From: Octopus sinensis
Taxonomy: Eukaryota
Direction of reading: 5' to 3'
Assembly (NCBI RefSeq): GCF_006345805.1
Contig: NC_043001.1
Coordinates: forward strand, 90,458,001 to 90,522,000
DNA length: 64,000 bases
Shown here: positions 63,571 to 64,000 of the stretch, piece by piece
Layout: each line of letters opens with the position of its first letter
Numbering within the stretch: position 1 is the stretch's first letter
Program-made: the position numbers and the translations under genes
Notes under the pieces: generated by a model
Told to the model about the DNA's origin: nothing
The model's input: only the letters and a program-made list of their open reading frames with translations
The model's database searches: none

Positions 63571-64000
63571 AAATCTAGCTGAGTCACCAACGATGGGGTT
63601 TTGCTATATATATCTCATTGCACGTTCACCGAGGTAAATATCTTTGTGATTTGTTGTGTTATTAAGATCAATATCTGATAATTTAGATACAGCTAAACTA
63701 TTCTCTTTTATAAAGCAGCTAAAGATATTTTTATATTCACTGGATACAAGTATATGCAACAGATGCAGTCAAAAGTGTTCCGATTGAAACTCGGTATTAA
63801 GCGCATTTACTTTCTTCAATATACAAGTAAGAAGAGCAACATCTGCTTCGTCCCTTTCATAATCATTGTTTCATAGATCCTTTTTGCTCCGTCCACTTAT
63901 TCTACTTTAGCCTCTGACTGAAAATAAAGTAAAGGGCATTCCATTGTTCTATTATAACGTTAATTACATTTTCACGTGACAGCCATCTAGTTTGCGAAAG

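Overview
Eukaryotic, AT-rich, repeat-saturated DNA. The SINE families and the TA/CA/CATA/GATA microsatellite load look like an octopus genome; this is recognition from memory and needs a BLAST check. I cannot support any host protein-coding gene. Almost every ORF in the track is a translated microsatellite, and the recognisable protein motifs belong to decayed transposons. These are two kinds of Penelope-like element (PLE; RT C-terminus plus GIY-YIG), R4/Dong-type RLE LINE pieces (RT and endonuclease), CR1/L2-group LINE 3' ends, two copies of a Tc1 with DD36E spacing, a mariner, a Tc1/mariner MITE, Helitron-type elements and more than 25 tRNA-derived SINE copies. There is one degenerate tRNA-Ala(AGC). 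The leads most worth testing are: (1) a GC-rich, nearly intact PLE at 30466-34325, capped at its 5' truncation by a 174-bp foldback and ending in a minimal hammerhead-ribozyme-like motif, with three more such motifs elsewhere in the window; (2) the DD36E Tc1; (3) a CpG-rich patch with a perfect RFX X-box next to a CRE; (4) nested and dimeric SINE structures. I found no evidence of a wholly new biological system. Most items are variants of known element classes. Repeat boundaries are read by eye and are approximate unless a TSD or TIR is quoted.
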